Shown here: positions 36,839-45,727 of the stretch, piece after piece | Position numbering within the stretch: the stretch's first letter is position 1 | How the letters are laid out: the number at the start of each line of letters is the position of its first letter | Origin: Brevundimonas sp. | GTDB lineage: Bacteria; Pseudomonadota; Alphaproteobacteria; Caulobacterales; Caulobacteraceae | DNA: 64,000 bases | Reading direction: 5' to 3' | Assembly (NCBI RefSeq): GCF_044336875.1 | Contig: NZ_JBIIOP010000009.1 | Span: 50,325-114,324 of the forward strand | Position numbers and translations under genes: made by a program | The notes under the pieces: model-generated | Told to the model about the DNA's origin: nothing | Database searches by the model: none | Seen by the model: only the letters and a program-made list of their open reading frames with translations

Positions 36839-37882
36839 CTAGCGTCGGATGTCGAAACCGCCGTCGCCCATGGCCGCGCGCACCTCGTCGGCGGTGAACA
36901 GGTTGAAGTCGCCGGGCACCGAATGTTTCAGACCGGCGGCGGCCAGACCGAAGTCCAGCGCCTCCTGATCCGTCCATCCGCTCCATAGGCCGAACAGCAC
37001 CCCCGAGGCGAAGGCGTCGCCGCCCCCGACCCGGTCAACCACGCCCGCCATGTGGATGGCCTCGGCGTTGGTCTCGATCACGCCGTCCCCATCACGCGTC
37101 AGCATGACGGCGGACAGGGCCTGGTCCGCGACGCTCTCCTGAACCCGCAGGGTGCAGGCGATGCGTTGCAGGCGAGGGAAGGCGGCGAAGGCGGCCTTGG
37201 CGGCTTCGCGGCGACGCACGGCGGGATCGGCGCTGTCGAACCGGGTCTTCAGCACCAGGGCGAAGTCGCGGTCGTCGGCGAAGGCGACCGTGGCGCCCGA
37301 CAGCATCTTGCCCAGGGTGGTCGGCGGATCGCCGGCCCATTGCTCCCACAGCTTGCCGCGGAAATTGCCGTCATAGCTGACCTTCACCCCCTTGCGGACA
37401 GCCGCCTCGATGATCGCCACGGCGGCGGCCGAGCCGTTCGGACCCGTCGCCGGGGTCACGCCCGAGGCGTGCAGCCATTCGACGCCGTCCAGCAACTGGT
37501 CCCAGTCGAAGGCCGTGTCGACGTGGTCGACGAAGGCCGAGCCGGCGCGGTCGTAGAGGACTTCCGACGGCCGCCGCACGGCGCCGGGCGTCAGGAAATA
37601 CAGGCCCATCCGGCCGGGCTTGAACACGACCGGGGACGTGTCGACCCCGTGCTTGCGCACCTCGTCGCGGACGCCCCGGCCCAGGGCGTTGTCGGCCAGG
37701 ACCGTCGCCATGCTGGTCGGCGCGCCGAAACGGGCCAGGGACACGGCGACGTTCGCCTCGGCCCCCGCCGGACGGATGGTCAGGGCGGGGGACTGCATCA
37801 GCAGTTCGTTGTCGTTGGGCGAGAACCGCAGCAGCATCTCGCCGAAGCAAAGGATGCGTTTGGAGGAGGCGTTCTGAGACAT
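36839..37882 (-). CDS. kdgK: 2-keto-3-deoxygluconate kinase (PfkB)
   Basis: CFGEMLLR, AGAEANVA, VLYDRAGSA, SYDGNFRGKLW, DRVGGGDAF. Confidence 0.92.
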   Translation of the reverse strand: MSQNASSKRILCFGEMLLRFSPNDNELLMQSPALTIRPAGAEANVAVSLARFGAPTSMATVLADNALGRGVRDEVRKHGVDTSPVVFKPGRMGLYFLTPGAVRRPSEVLYDRAGSAFVDHVDTAFDWDQLLDGVEWLHASGVTPATGPNGSAAAVAIIEAAVRKGVKVSYDGNFRGKLWEQWAGDPPTTLGKMLSGATVAFADDRDFALVLKTRFDSADPAVRRREAAKAAFAAFPRLQRIACTLRVQESVADQALSAVMLTRDGDGVIETNAEAIHMAGVVDRVGGGDAFASGVLFGLWSGWTDQEALDFGLAAAGLKHSVPGDFNLFTADEVRAAMGDGGFDIRR

Positions 37883-37957
37883 GGAGGCTAACCGCAGCGG
37901 GATCGGATCGGCACTGTGCCTGAAAGCGATGCGATGGCGAACGCCTTCAATATTTCA

Positions 37958-38066
37958 CCGTCATCCTCGCCCTCGTGGCGAGGATCCAGACTCCCGGTGT
38001 GTCCGCAGGTCGCCCTGACTTTGAAACCGGGAGTCTGGATCCTCGGGACAAGCCCGAGGATGACGG
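37958..38066. repeat. 109-bp CIR/REP-like palindromic element with paired GANTC sites
   Basis: CCGTCATCCTCGCCCTCGTGGCGAGGATCCAGACTCCCGGT...ACCGGGAGTCTGGATCCTCGGGACAAGCCCGAGGATGACGG. Contains a 20-bp perfect inner stem. Confidence 0.85.
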
Positions 38067-38080
38067 AAACGGGGTTGGGG

Positions 38081-38839
38081 TCAGCGCGCCTGCCAGCCGC
38101 CGTCGACCGGCAGGATGGCGCCTTGCACATAGTCCGAGGCCCGGCTGGCCAGGAAGACGGCCGCGCCGCCCAGATCCGACGGCTCGCCCCAGCGACCGGC
38201 CGGGATACGGCCCAGGATCTCGGCCGAACGCACCGGGTCCTCGCGCAGGGCCTGGGTGTTGGCCGTGGCGAAATAACCGGGGGCGATGGCGTTGGCGGTG
38301 ATGCGGTGGGGCGCCCACTCGTTGGCCATCAGCTTGGTCAGGCCGGCGACGCCCGACTTGGACGCGGTGTAGGAAGGCACGCGGATGCCGCCCTGGAAGG
38401 ACAGCATCGAGGCGATGTTGATGATCTTGCCGCCGTCGCCCTGTTTGATGAACAGGCGGGCGACCGCCTGGCTCATGAAGAAGACCGTCTTCAGGTTGAT
38501 GTTCATCACCAGGTCCCAGTCGGCCTCGGTGAAGTCCACGGCGTCGGCGCGGCGGATCAGGCCGGCGTTGTTCACCAGGATGTCGATCCGTCCCATGGCG
38601 TCCAGGGCTTCCTGAACCACGCGCTCGACCGGCTCGATCGAGGTCAGGTCGGCGCTGATCGCGTGGGCGCGGCGGCCCAGGGCGGTGACCTTGGCGACAG
38701 TGTCGTCGGACTCCGACAGGGCGACCGAGACGATGTCGGCGCCGGCCTCGGCCAGGGCCAGGGCGATGCCTTGGCCCAGACCCGTGTTGCCGCCGGTGAC
38801 CAGGGCGACCTTGCCGGTCAGGTCGAACGGATTGCTCAT
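38081..38839 (-). CDS. kduD: 2-dehydro-3-deoxy-D-gluconate 5-dehydrogenase
   Basis: TGGNTGLGQG, NNAGLIRR, IASMLSFQGGIRVPSYTASKS, RIPAGRWG. Confidence 0.96.
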   Translation of the reverse strand: MSNPFDLTGKVALVTGGNTGLGQGIALALAEAGADIVSVALSESDDTVAKVTALGRRAHAISADLTSIEPVERVVQEALDAMGRIDILVNNAGLIRRADAVDFTEADWDLVMNINLKTVFFMSQAVARLFIKQGDGGKIINIASMLSFQGGIRVPSYTASKSGVAGLTKLMANEWAPHRITANAIAPGYFATANTQALREDPVRSAEILGRIPAGRWGEPSDLGGAAVFLASRASDYVQGAILPVDGGWQAR

Positions 38840-38861
38840 GAATTTCCTCCTGTTATCCTGA

Positions 38862-39719
38862 TTACTTCAACTGGCAGACGTCGAGCTTGTGCATGTCGGT
38901 ATAGTCGAGATTCTCGCCGCCCATGCCCCAGATGAAGGTGTAGTTCGAAGTGCCTGCGCCCATGTGGATCGACCACGGCGGGCAGATCACGGCCTCGCCG
39001 TCGGCGACGACGATGTGGCGCGCCTTGTCCGGCTCGCCCATGAAGTGGAAGGCGCGGTCGGTCTCGCTCAGGCCGAAATAGAGATAGGCCTCGGAGCGAC
39101 GATCGTGGATGTGCGGCGGCATGGTGTTCCACACCGAGCCGGGCTTCAGCACGGTCACGCCCAGCAGCAGCTGGCAGGACTTCACCTTGGCCGGGACCAC
39201 ATACTGGTAGATGGTCCGTTCGTTGGACGTCTCCAGCGCGCCCATCTCCAGCGGCACGGCCTCGTCGATCGAGATCTTGGTCAGGACGTGGCGGGCGTGG
39301 GCCGGGGTGGCGACCAGATAGAATTTCGCCGGTTCGGCCGGGTTCTTCGAGGTGAAGCCGACCTCGGTCGAGCCCATAGGCACATAGAGGCCGTCGCGGA
39401 AGCCCAGGTCGATGGTCTCGCCGTCGACGGTGATCGAACCCGCGCCGCCGATATTGACCACGCCCAGCTCGCGGGCCTGCAGGAAGGCCGCGCCGGCCAG
39501 CGACGGCGGCTCGGACTGGGTCGGCAGGGTCAGGGCGGTTTCTGTCGGGGTGGCGCCGCCGATGATCATCCGCTCGTGGTGCGAATAGTTCAGGCTGATC
39601 CTGCCGGGAACGAACAGGCCCTCGATCAGGTAGCGGTCGCGCAGCTGCTGGTTCGTGGCGCCGTCCATCATGTCGGGATGGGTGGCCTGATAGACTTTGT
39701 CGTACATGGGGTCGTACAT
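38862..39719 (-). CDS. kduI: 4-deoxy-L-threo-5-hexosulose-uronate ketol-isomerase
   Basis: [57 protein letters not shown]-like motif, WGMGGEN. Confidence 0.96.
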   Translation of the reverse strand: MYDPMYDKVYQATHPDMMDGATNQQLRDRYLIEGLFVPGRISLNYSHHERMIIGGATPTETALTLPTQSEPPSLAGAAFLQARELGVVNIGGAGSITVDGETIDLGFRDGLYVPMGSTEVGFTSKNPAEPAKFYLVATPAHARHVLTKISIDEAVPLEMGALETSNERTIYQYVVPAKVKSCQLLLGVTVLKPGSVWNTMPPHIHDRRSEAYLYFGLSETDRAFHFMGEPDKARHIVVADGEAVICPPWSIHMGAGTSNYTFIWGMGGENLDYTDMHKLDVCQLK

Positions 39720-39789
39720 GCGGGTCTCCCTTCGAACTCGCGGGGCGAGCCACGGGGGACGGATCTTGTGTCCGTCCTTCGGTGGACTA

Positions 39790-39803
39790 GGTAACCGGTG
39801 TCA
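39790..39803. promoter_or_regulatory. LacI operator between divergent kduI and the RpiB-fold isomerase
   Basis: GGTAACCGGTGTCA, reverse complement TGACACCGGTTACC. Confidence 0.85.
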
Positions 39804-39881
39804 TATTATGATGCAATGGATTAGACCATAATCGCCGACATCTGCTCGGCATCGCTCCGTCCCCGTCTTGAGGATTCCCCC

Positions 39882-40544
39882 ATGAAGATCGCTCTCATCA
39901 TCGAAAACAGCCAGGCCGCCAAAAGCGAGACGGTGCACGCCGCGCTGACCGCCGTCGCGGAACCCCTGGGCCATGAAGTCTTCCACTATGGAATGTATGC
40001 GGCCGAGGACAAGGCGTCGCTGACCTATGTGATGAACGGCGTCCTGACCGCCATCCTGCTGAACTCGGGCGCGGCCGATTTCGTCGTCACCGGCTGCGGC
40101 ACGGGCATGGGCTCGATGCTGGCCTGCAACAGCATGCCGGGCGTCTTCTGCGGCCTGGTCATCGACCCGACCGACGCCTTCCTGTTCGGCCAGATCAATG
40201 ACGGCAACGCCATCTCCATGCCCTACGCCAAGGGCTTCGGCTGGGCGGCGGAACTGAACCTGCAGGACGTCTATCGCAAGCTGTTCGAGGGCGAGCGCGG
40301 CCTGGGCTATCCGAAGGAACGCGCCGAGATCATGCGCAAGAACCGCGGCGTGCTCAGCGGCCTGAAGGCCGTCACCTGCCACGACATGCTGACCGTGCTG
40401 AAGACGATGGACCAGGACCTGCTGAAGGCGGCCATCGCCGGCGAGCGCTTCCAGGACTACTTCTTCGCCAACGCCACCGACGAAGGCATCCGCGACTATC
40501 TGAAGGGTGTTCTCAGCGCCAAGCCCGCGCTGGAAATGGCCTAA
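39882..40544 (+). CDS. RpiB/LacA/LacB-fold isomerase, DhuI-like
   Basis: MKIALIIENSQAAK, AILLNSGAADFVVTGCGTG, AKGFGWAAELNL and GYPKER match streptococcal DhuI as recalled. Confidence 0.85.
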   Translation: MKIALIIENSQAAKSETVHAALTAVAEPLGHEVFHYGMYAAEDKASLTYVMNGVLTAILLNSGAADFVVTGCGTGMGSMLACNSMPGVFCGLVIDPTDAFLFGQINDGNAISMPYAKGFGWAAELNLQDVYRKLFEGERGLGYPKERAEIMRKNRGVLSGLKAVTCHDMLTVLKTMDQDLLKAAIAGERFQDYFFANATDEGIRDYLKGVLSAKPALEMA

Positions 40545-40553
40545 GCCTGGATC

Positions 40554-40586
40554 AGGGCCGGCGGGGACGACCCCGCCGGCCCTTTT
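40554..40586. terminator. Intrinsic terminator
   Basis: AGGGCCGGCGGGG-ACGA-CCCCGCCGGCCCT followed by TTT. Confidence 0.85.
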
Positions 40587-40608
40587 CAACTTCGTCAGGC
40601 GGCTTGGT

Positions 40609-41658
40609 TCAGGCCGCGTCGATCGCGGACTTGCGCACGACCAGGGCCGGACGGACCTCGTCCTGCTGCAGCTTGGCGGGGTCGACGCCGCGCATCGGCG
40701 CCAGCAGCTTCTCCGCCGCCATCCGTCCCATGTCGCGAATCGGCAAGCGCACCGAGGTCAGGTTCGGCCAGACCCGAGCCGCCATCGGCAGATCGTCGAA
40801 ACCGACCACGGACAGGTCGCGCGGAAGCTCCAGACCGCGTTCGCGGGCGGCCTGCATCACCCCGATGGCCATGTCGTCGTTCAGGGTGAAGATGGCGGTC
40901 GGCGGCGTCGCCAGCGACAGCAGGGCGTGCCCGGCCTCGACCCCCGATTCGAACGTATAGGCGCCCTTGAAGTCATAGGCGGGGTCCAGCGGAATGCCGC
41001 GCTCGGTCAGGGCGTCCAGGAAGCCCTGGCCCCGCACCGCCGACGACCGGAACAGGTCCGGACCGCGCACCAGGCCGATCCGCCTGTGGCCCAGATCCGC
41101 CAGATGGTTCGCCGCCTCGGCCGCCCCGACGCCGTCGTTGGTCACGACCATCGACTGGGGCTCGTCCAGCGCCACCGAGGCGATGCGGACATAGGGGCAG
41201 TCCAGATCCTGCAGCAGTTCGATGACCTTTTCGTCCTCGGACACCGACGGCGGCATGATGACGCCGAACAGCCGCTGGCGCTCGACGAAGCCCTTGATGT
41301 CTTCCAGCAGGGTAGGGGAGTTGCGGTTGCACGGGTGCACGACCAGCTCCAGGCCCGAGCCCTTCAGCGCATCCAGAACCCCCTGCTGCATGTTGACCAC
41401 ATAGGTCGGGCTGGGGTTGTCGTAGATCAGACCGACCAGGAAGGACCGGCGGAAGGCCAGGCCGCGCGCCTGAGGGTCCGGGGTGAAGCCCAGGGTCTTG
41501 ATGACCGCATTGACCCGTTCGCGCGTGTCCTCACGCACGAAGGGCGACTGGTTGATCACCCGCGAGACGGTCTTCTTGGAGACTTTCGCCTCTCGGGCGA
41601 CGTCGTTGATCGTAGCCCGCTTGGCCGGCTTGCCGGTGCGCGGATCGTCTTGAGCCAA
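40609..41658 (-). CDS. LacI-family repressor (hexuronate regulator, HumR-like)
   Basis: ATINDVAREAKVSKKTVSRVIN HTH, hinge ARGL, VVGFDD, LTSVRLPIRDMG. Confidence 0.93.
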   Translation of the reverse strand: MAQDDPRTGKPAKRATINDVAREAKVSKKTVSRVINQSPFVREDTRERVNAVIKTLGFTPDPQARGLAFRRSFLVGLIYDNPSPTYVVNMQQGVLDALKGSGLELVVHPCNRNSPTLLEDIKGFVERQRLFGVIMPPSVSEDEKVIELLQDLDCPYVRIASVALDEPQSMVVTNDGVGAAEAANHLADLGHRRIGLVRGPDLFRSSAVRGQGFLDALTERGIPLDPAYDFKGAYTFESGVEAGHALLSLATPPTAIFTLNDDMAIGVMQAARERGLELPRDLSVVGFDDLPMAARVWPNLTSVRLPIRDMGRMAAEKLLAPMRGVDPAKLQQDEVRPALVVRKSAIDAA

Positions 41659-41737
41659 GGCCGCAGCCTCCCATCCTGTCGAACGTCAGCCATAGCCGCG
41701 ACTCGCGCTCGACGCCATGGGCGGCGTGAAAGCGCAT

Positions 41738-41751
41738 TGACACCGGTTTCC
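41738..41751. promoter_or_regulatory. LacI operator overlapping a TTGACA -35 element
   Basis: TGACACCGGTTTCC; TTGACA at 41737-41742. Confidence 0.85.
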
Positions 41752-41827
41752 TTCGTGGTTCTTATCGAAGCTTATTCACGAGGCGACTTCCCTTGATCTT
41801 CACCCTCTCTTCCGCGAGCCGCGCCCG

Positions 41828-42655
41828 ATGAGCGCGACGCCCGTCACACCGTCCGGCGTCTCCGCCGAGGCGACGGCGATCGCGGAGCAATTCGTCGCCG
41901 CCCGCCTCGCCGCCCGCTGCACGCCCGACTATCCGGGCCGCATTCCCGAGAGCATGGCCGAATCCTACGCCATTCAGGACATCGCCATCGGCCTGTTCCC
42001 CGACGAGGTCGTGGGCTGGAAGGTCGGCGGCGTGCCGCCCGCTCTGCAGCCGAAACTGGGCGTCCATCGCCTGGCCGGCGCCATCTTCGCCCGCAACGTC
42101 TGGCCTGCGCCGGGCGACACGGTCGTGCCCCTGCCCGAGATCGAGGGCGGGTTCGCCGCCGTCGAATCGGAATTCATCGCCCGCATCGGCGCAGACGCCG
42201 ATCCGGCCAAGACCGACTGGACCGTCGAGGAGGCCAAGGCCGCCGTCGACAAGGTCTTCATCGGCGTGGAGCTGGCCGGCAGTCCCCTGTCGGCCATCAA
42301 CGACCTTGGCTCGGCTGTCGTGGCCTCGGACTTCGGCAACAACGGCGGCCTGATGGTCGGGCCGGAAGTCGAGAACTGGCGCGACGTGCTGGACGACATC
42401 CAGGTCGAGACCGTCATCAACGGCGCCAGCGTCGGCACGGGCGGCTCGCCCTCGCTTCAGGGCGGGGCGATGGAATCCGTCCGCTTTCTGCTGGAACACT
42501 GCGCCCGGTGGGGCCGTCCGCTGAAGGCGGGCACGCTTGTTTCGACCGGCGCGGTAACCGGTGTCCATCGGGTCCACGCGGGCGACGAGGCCGTGTGCAT
42601 CTTCAAGGGTATTGCTGAACTCCATTGTTCGGTCGTTCGGGCCGAGATCAAGTAA
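41828..42655 (+). CDS. FAH-superfamily 2-keto-4-pentenoate hydratase-like protein
   Basis: YAIQD, GWKVG, VESEF, VELA, SDFGNNGG, LKAGTLVSTGA (MhpD-like pattern). Substrate unknown. Confidence 0.82.
   Translation: MSATPVTPSGVSAEATAIAEQFVAARLAARCTPDYPGRIPESMAESYAIQDIAIGLFPDEVVGWKVGGVPPALQPKLGVHRLAGAIFARNVWPAPGDTVVPLPEIEGGFAAVESEFIARIGADADPAKTDWTVEEAKAAVDKVFIGVELAGSPLSAINDLGSAVVASDFGNNGGLMVGPEVENWRDVLDDIQVETVINGASVGTGGSPSLQGGAMESVRFLLEHCARWGRPLKAGTLVSTGAVTGVHRVHAGDEAVCIFKGIAELHCSVVRAEIK
42553..42566. promoter_or_regulatory. Intragenic LacI operator upstream of exuT
   Basis: GGTAACCGGTGTCC inside the hydratase 3' end, 176 nt before the exuT ATG. Confidence 0.65.
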
Positions 42656-42741
42656 GACATCATCGAGACGTCAACCCGGCCGCCGTTCAGGGACGGAATG
42701 AGCTGGGACGCGTCGAGGAAACATCAGGAACGGGTATTGTA

Positions 42742-44028
42742 ATGACTGACGCTTCGAGCGCGGCGCCGATCGAGATCAAGGCGCCGTCACCGGGCAAATA
42801 CCGGTGGGTGATCATGTGGCTGCTGTTCGCGGCCATGGTCATCAACTACGTCGACCGGCAGATGATCGGCTTCCTCAAGCCGACCCTGTCCGCCGAGTTC
42901 GGCTGGTCCGAGACCGACTATGCCGACATCGTCTTCTGGTTCCAGGCCTCCTACGCCGTGGCCTATCTGCTGTGGGGCCGGATCATGGACAAGGTCGGGG
43001 CCCGCTGGGGTCTCGGCGTCGCCTTCGGCATCTGGCAGATCGGCCATATCCTGCACGGCGCGGCCCGCGACCTGTCGCACTTCATGATGGCGCGGATGGT
43101 TCTGGGCGTCGGCGAGGCCGGCGGCTTCCCCGGCGGCATCAAGGCGGTCGCCGAGTGGTTCCCCAAGAAGGAACGCGCCCTGGCCACCGGTCTGTTCAAC
43201 GCCGGCACCAATATCGGCGCCATCGTCACCCCGCTGATCGTGCCCGGCCTGGTCCTGGCCTTCGGCTGGGAGATGGCCTTCGTCATCACCGGCGCCCTGG
43301 GTCTGATCTGGCTGCCGATCTGGCTGCTGGTCTATCGTCGTCCGCGCGAGCAGAAGAACCTGTCGGCGACCGAACTGGCCTATATCGAGCAGGATCCGGC
43401 CGACGTCGTCGAAAAGGTCAAATGGACCAAACTGCTGGGCGTTCGCGAAACCTGGGCCTACGCCCTGGGCAAGTTTCTGATCGACCCGATCTGGTGGATG
43501 TTCCTGTTCTGGCTGCCCGACTTCCTGGGCAAGACCTACGGCCTGGACCTGAAGAGCTTCGGCCCGCCGCTGGTGGCCATCTATCTGTTGAGCGACGTGG
43601 GTTCTGTCGGCGGCGGCTGGCTGTCCTCGCGCTTCATGCATCGCGGCATGAGCGTCAACAACGCCCGCAAGATCACCATGCTGATCTGCGCCCTGTGCGC
43701 CGTGCCGGTGATGTTCGCCGCCGAAGCGTCGAACCTGTGGGTCGCGGTCGGCATCATCGGCCTGGCCACCGCAGCCCACCAGGGCTTCTCGGCCAACCTC
43801 TACGCCTTCCCCGGCGACGTCTTCCCGCGCTCGGCCGTGGGCTCGGTCGTCGGCATCGGCGGGATGCTGGGCGCCATCGGCGGCATGGCCATGGCCAAAT
43901 ACGCCGGCTACGTCCTGGAGCAGATCGGCACCTATACGCCCATCTTCATCGTCGCGGGCTCGGCCTATCTGATCGCCCTGCTGGTGGTCCACCTGCTGTC
44001 GCCGAAATACGCGCCGGCAAAGGTCTGA
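42742..44028 (+). CDS. exuT: Hexuronate MFS transporter
   Basis: INYVDRQ, LGVGEAGGFPGGIKAVAEWFPKKERALATGLFNAGTNIGA, DPIWWMFLFWLP, AAHQGFSANL. Confidence 0.93.
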   Translation: MTDASSAAPIEIKAPSPGKYRWVIMWLLFAAMVINYVDRQMIGFLKPTLSAEFGWSETDYADIVFWFQASYAVAYLLWGRIMDKVGARWGLGVAFGIWQIGHILHGAARDLSHFMMARMVLGVGEAGGFPGGIKAVAEWFPKKERALATGLFNAGTNIGAIVTPLIVPGLVLAFGWEMAFVITGALGLIWLPIWLLVYRRPREQKNLSATELAYIEQDPADVVEKVKWTKLLGVRETWAYALGKFLIDPIWWMFLFWLPDFLGKTYGLDLKSFGPPLVAIYLLSDVGSVGGGWLSSRFMHRGMSVNNARKITMLICALCAVPVMFAAEASNLWVAVGIIGLATAAHQGFSANLYAFPGDVFPRSAVGSVVGIGGMLGAIGGMAMAKYAGYVLEQIGTYTPIFIVAGSAYLIALLVVHLLSPKYAPAKV

Positions 44029-44035
44029 CGAAACG

Positions 44036-44072
44036 AACGGCCGGACGAGCGATCGTCCGGCCGTTTCTCTTT
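44036..44072 (+). terminator. Hairpin/terminator between exuT and GH43
   Basis: AACGGCCGGACGA-GCGA-TCGTCCGGCCGTT followed by TCTCTTT. Confidence 0.7.
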
Positions 44073-44086
44073 GCAGGAGCGGGGAC

Positions 44087-45724
44087 ATGGCCTTCTCGAG
44101 ACGCAGCGCCCTCTTGGGCGGACTTCTGGGCGGTGTCGGCCTGGCGGGCGCCTCCGCTCCGCCGGCGTCAGCCCAGACCCGCGACCGGATCGCCCCGGTC
44201 GGTCGTGAATGGGACACCCTGCGCTGGCGGCCGGGGGTCGAGGGCCAGCGGCGCGCCGATCTGGGCGACGGGACCTATCTGAACCCCGTCATGGCCGGTG
44301 ACCATCCGGATCCGTCGATCCTGAAGGACGGCGACGTCTGGTACATGACCTTCTCGTCGTTCGAATCCGTGCCCGGCGCCGTGATCTGGCGCTCGACCGA
44401 TCTGGTGAACTGGACGCCGGTGGTGGCGGCCCTGACGACCAATATCGGGTCCGTCTGGGCGCCCGAGCTGTGCAAGCACGACGGGCAGTATTTCATCTAT
44501 CTGCCGGCCCGCACCGATACCTATCGCTCCAACTACGTCATCTGGGCCGACCGGATCGAAGGGCCGTGGAGCGAGCCCGTCGACCTGAAACTGCCGGAGC
44601 ATATCGACCCCGGCCACATCGTCGGCGAGGACGGGAAACGCTATCTGTTCCTGAACGGCGGCGATCGGGTGCAATTGTCTGATGACGGCTTGTCCACGGT
44701 GGGCGAGGTGACCCACGTCTACGACCCCTGGCGCTATCCCGACGACTGGGTGGTCGAAGGTTTCGCGCCGGAGGGGCCGAAACTGCTGCGTCGCGGCGAC
44801 TGGTTCTACATGATCACCGCCGTCGGCGGCACGGCCGGTCCGCCGACCGGCCACATGGTCATCACCGCCCGGTCAAGATCCATCCACGGTCCATGGGAGA
44901 ACTGCCCGGCGAACCCTCTGGTCCGCACCGAAAACGCAGCCGAGAAATGGTGGTCGCGCGGTCACGCCACCCTGATCGAGGGACCGGGCGGCGGCTGGCA
45001 CATGGTCTATCACGGCTATGAGAACGCCTACTGGACCCTGGGCCGTCAGACGCTGTTGGACCCGATCGAATGGACCGACGACGGCTGGTTCCGCGCCTTG
45101 GGCGGCGACCTGTCCCGCCCGCTGGCGATGCCCGCTCCGGCGACGGCGACTTCCGTTCATGGCATGGCTCTGTCGGACGATTTCTCGACCGACAAGTTCG
45201 GCGTCCAGTGGAGCTTCTACGATCCCGCGCCGGGCGAGCGCTCACGCCTGTCCCGCGCAGGCGGCGTCATGACCCTCGCCGCCAAGGGAACCGCGCCCAA
45301 GGACTGTTCGCCCCTGACCTTCGTTCAGGGCGAATTGGCCTATGAGTTCGAATGCGAGATCGAGGTGGATCCGGGCTGCACCGCCGGTCTGGTGCTTTTC
45401 TACGATCGCGCCCTCTACGCCGGCCTCGGTTTCGACGGCGAGAAGTTCGTCACCCATCAGTACGGGATCGAACGGGGTCGCCCCGCCAATCCGCACGGCC
45501 GACGGATGTGGCTGCGTCTGACCAATGACCGCCATATCGTCAGCTTCCACCACAGCGCGGACGGCAAGACCTGGCAGATCTTCCGAGACCGCCAGATGGA
45601 GGTCTCGGGCTATCACCATAATGTCCGTGGCGGCTTCATGATGCTGCGGCCGGGTCTCTATTCTGCAGGACGGGGCCAGGCCGTTTTCCGCGACTTCCGC
45701 TTCCGTACGCTGGGAACCGAATAG
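44087..45724 (+). CDS. GH43 glycosidase (beta-xylosidase/arabinofuranosidase-like) with C-terminal beta-sandwich, Tat-exported
   Basis: SRRSALL; NPVMAGDHPDPS, WAPE, IDPGH, PEGPKL, GHATL. Confidence 0.9.
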   Translation: MAFSRRSALLGGLLGGVGLAGASAPPASAQTRDRIAPVGREWDTLRWRPGVEGQRRADLGDGTYLNPVMAGDHPDPSILKDGDVWYMTFSSFESVPGAVIWRSTDLVNWTPVVAALTTNIGSVWAPELCKHDGQYFIYLPARTDTYRSNYVIWADRIEGPWSEPVDLKLPEHIDPGHIVGEDGKRYLFLNGGDRVQLSDDGLSTVGEVTHVYDPWRYPDDWVVEGFAPEGPKLLRRGDWFYMITAVGGTAGPPTGHMVITARSRSIHGPWENCPANPLVRTENAAEKWWSRGHATLIEGPGGGWHMVYHGYENAYWTLGRQTLLDPIEWTDDGWFRALGGDLSRPLAMPAPATATSVHGMALSDDFSTDKFGVQWSFYDPAPGERSRLSRAGGVMTLAAKGTAPKDCSPLTFVQGELAYEFECEIEVDPGCTAGLVLFYDRALYAGLGFDGEKFVTHQYGIERGRPANPHGRRMWLRLTNDRHIVSFHHSADGKTWQIFRDRQMEVSGYHHNVRGGFMMLRPGLYSAGRGQAVFRDFRFRTLGTE

Positions 45725-45727
45725 GTC

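Noticed and set aside
30454-38066. CRISPR array or IS/MITE call for the palindromic elements
   Set aside because: No repeat-spacer periodicity, no cas genes, no transposase and no evident target-site duplication. They fit CIR/REP-type repeats.
41828-42655. Aromatic meta-cleavage pathway (mhpD)
   Set aside because: No dioxygenase, aldolase or acetaldehyde dehydrogenase nearby; the gene is under the uronate operator.
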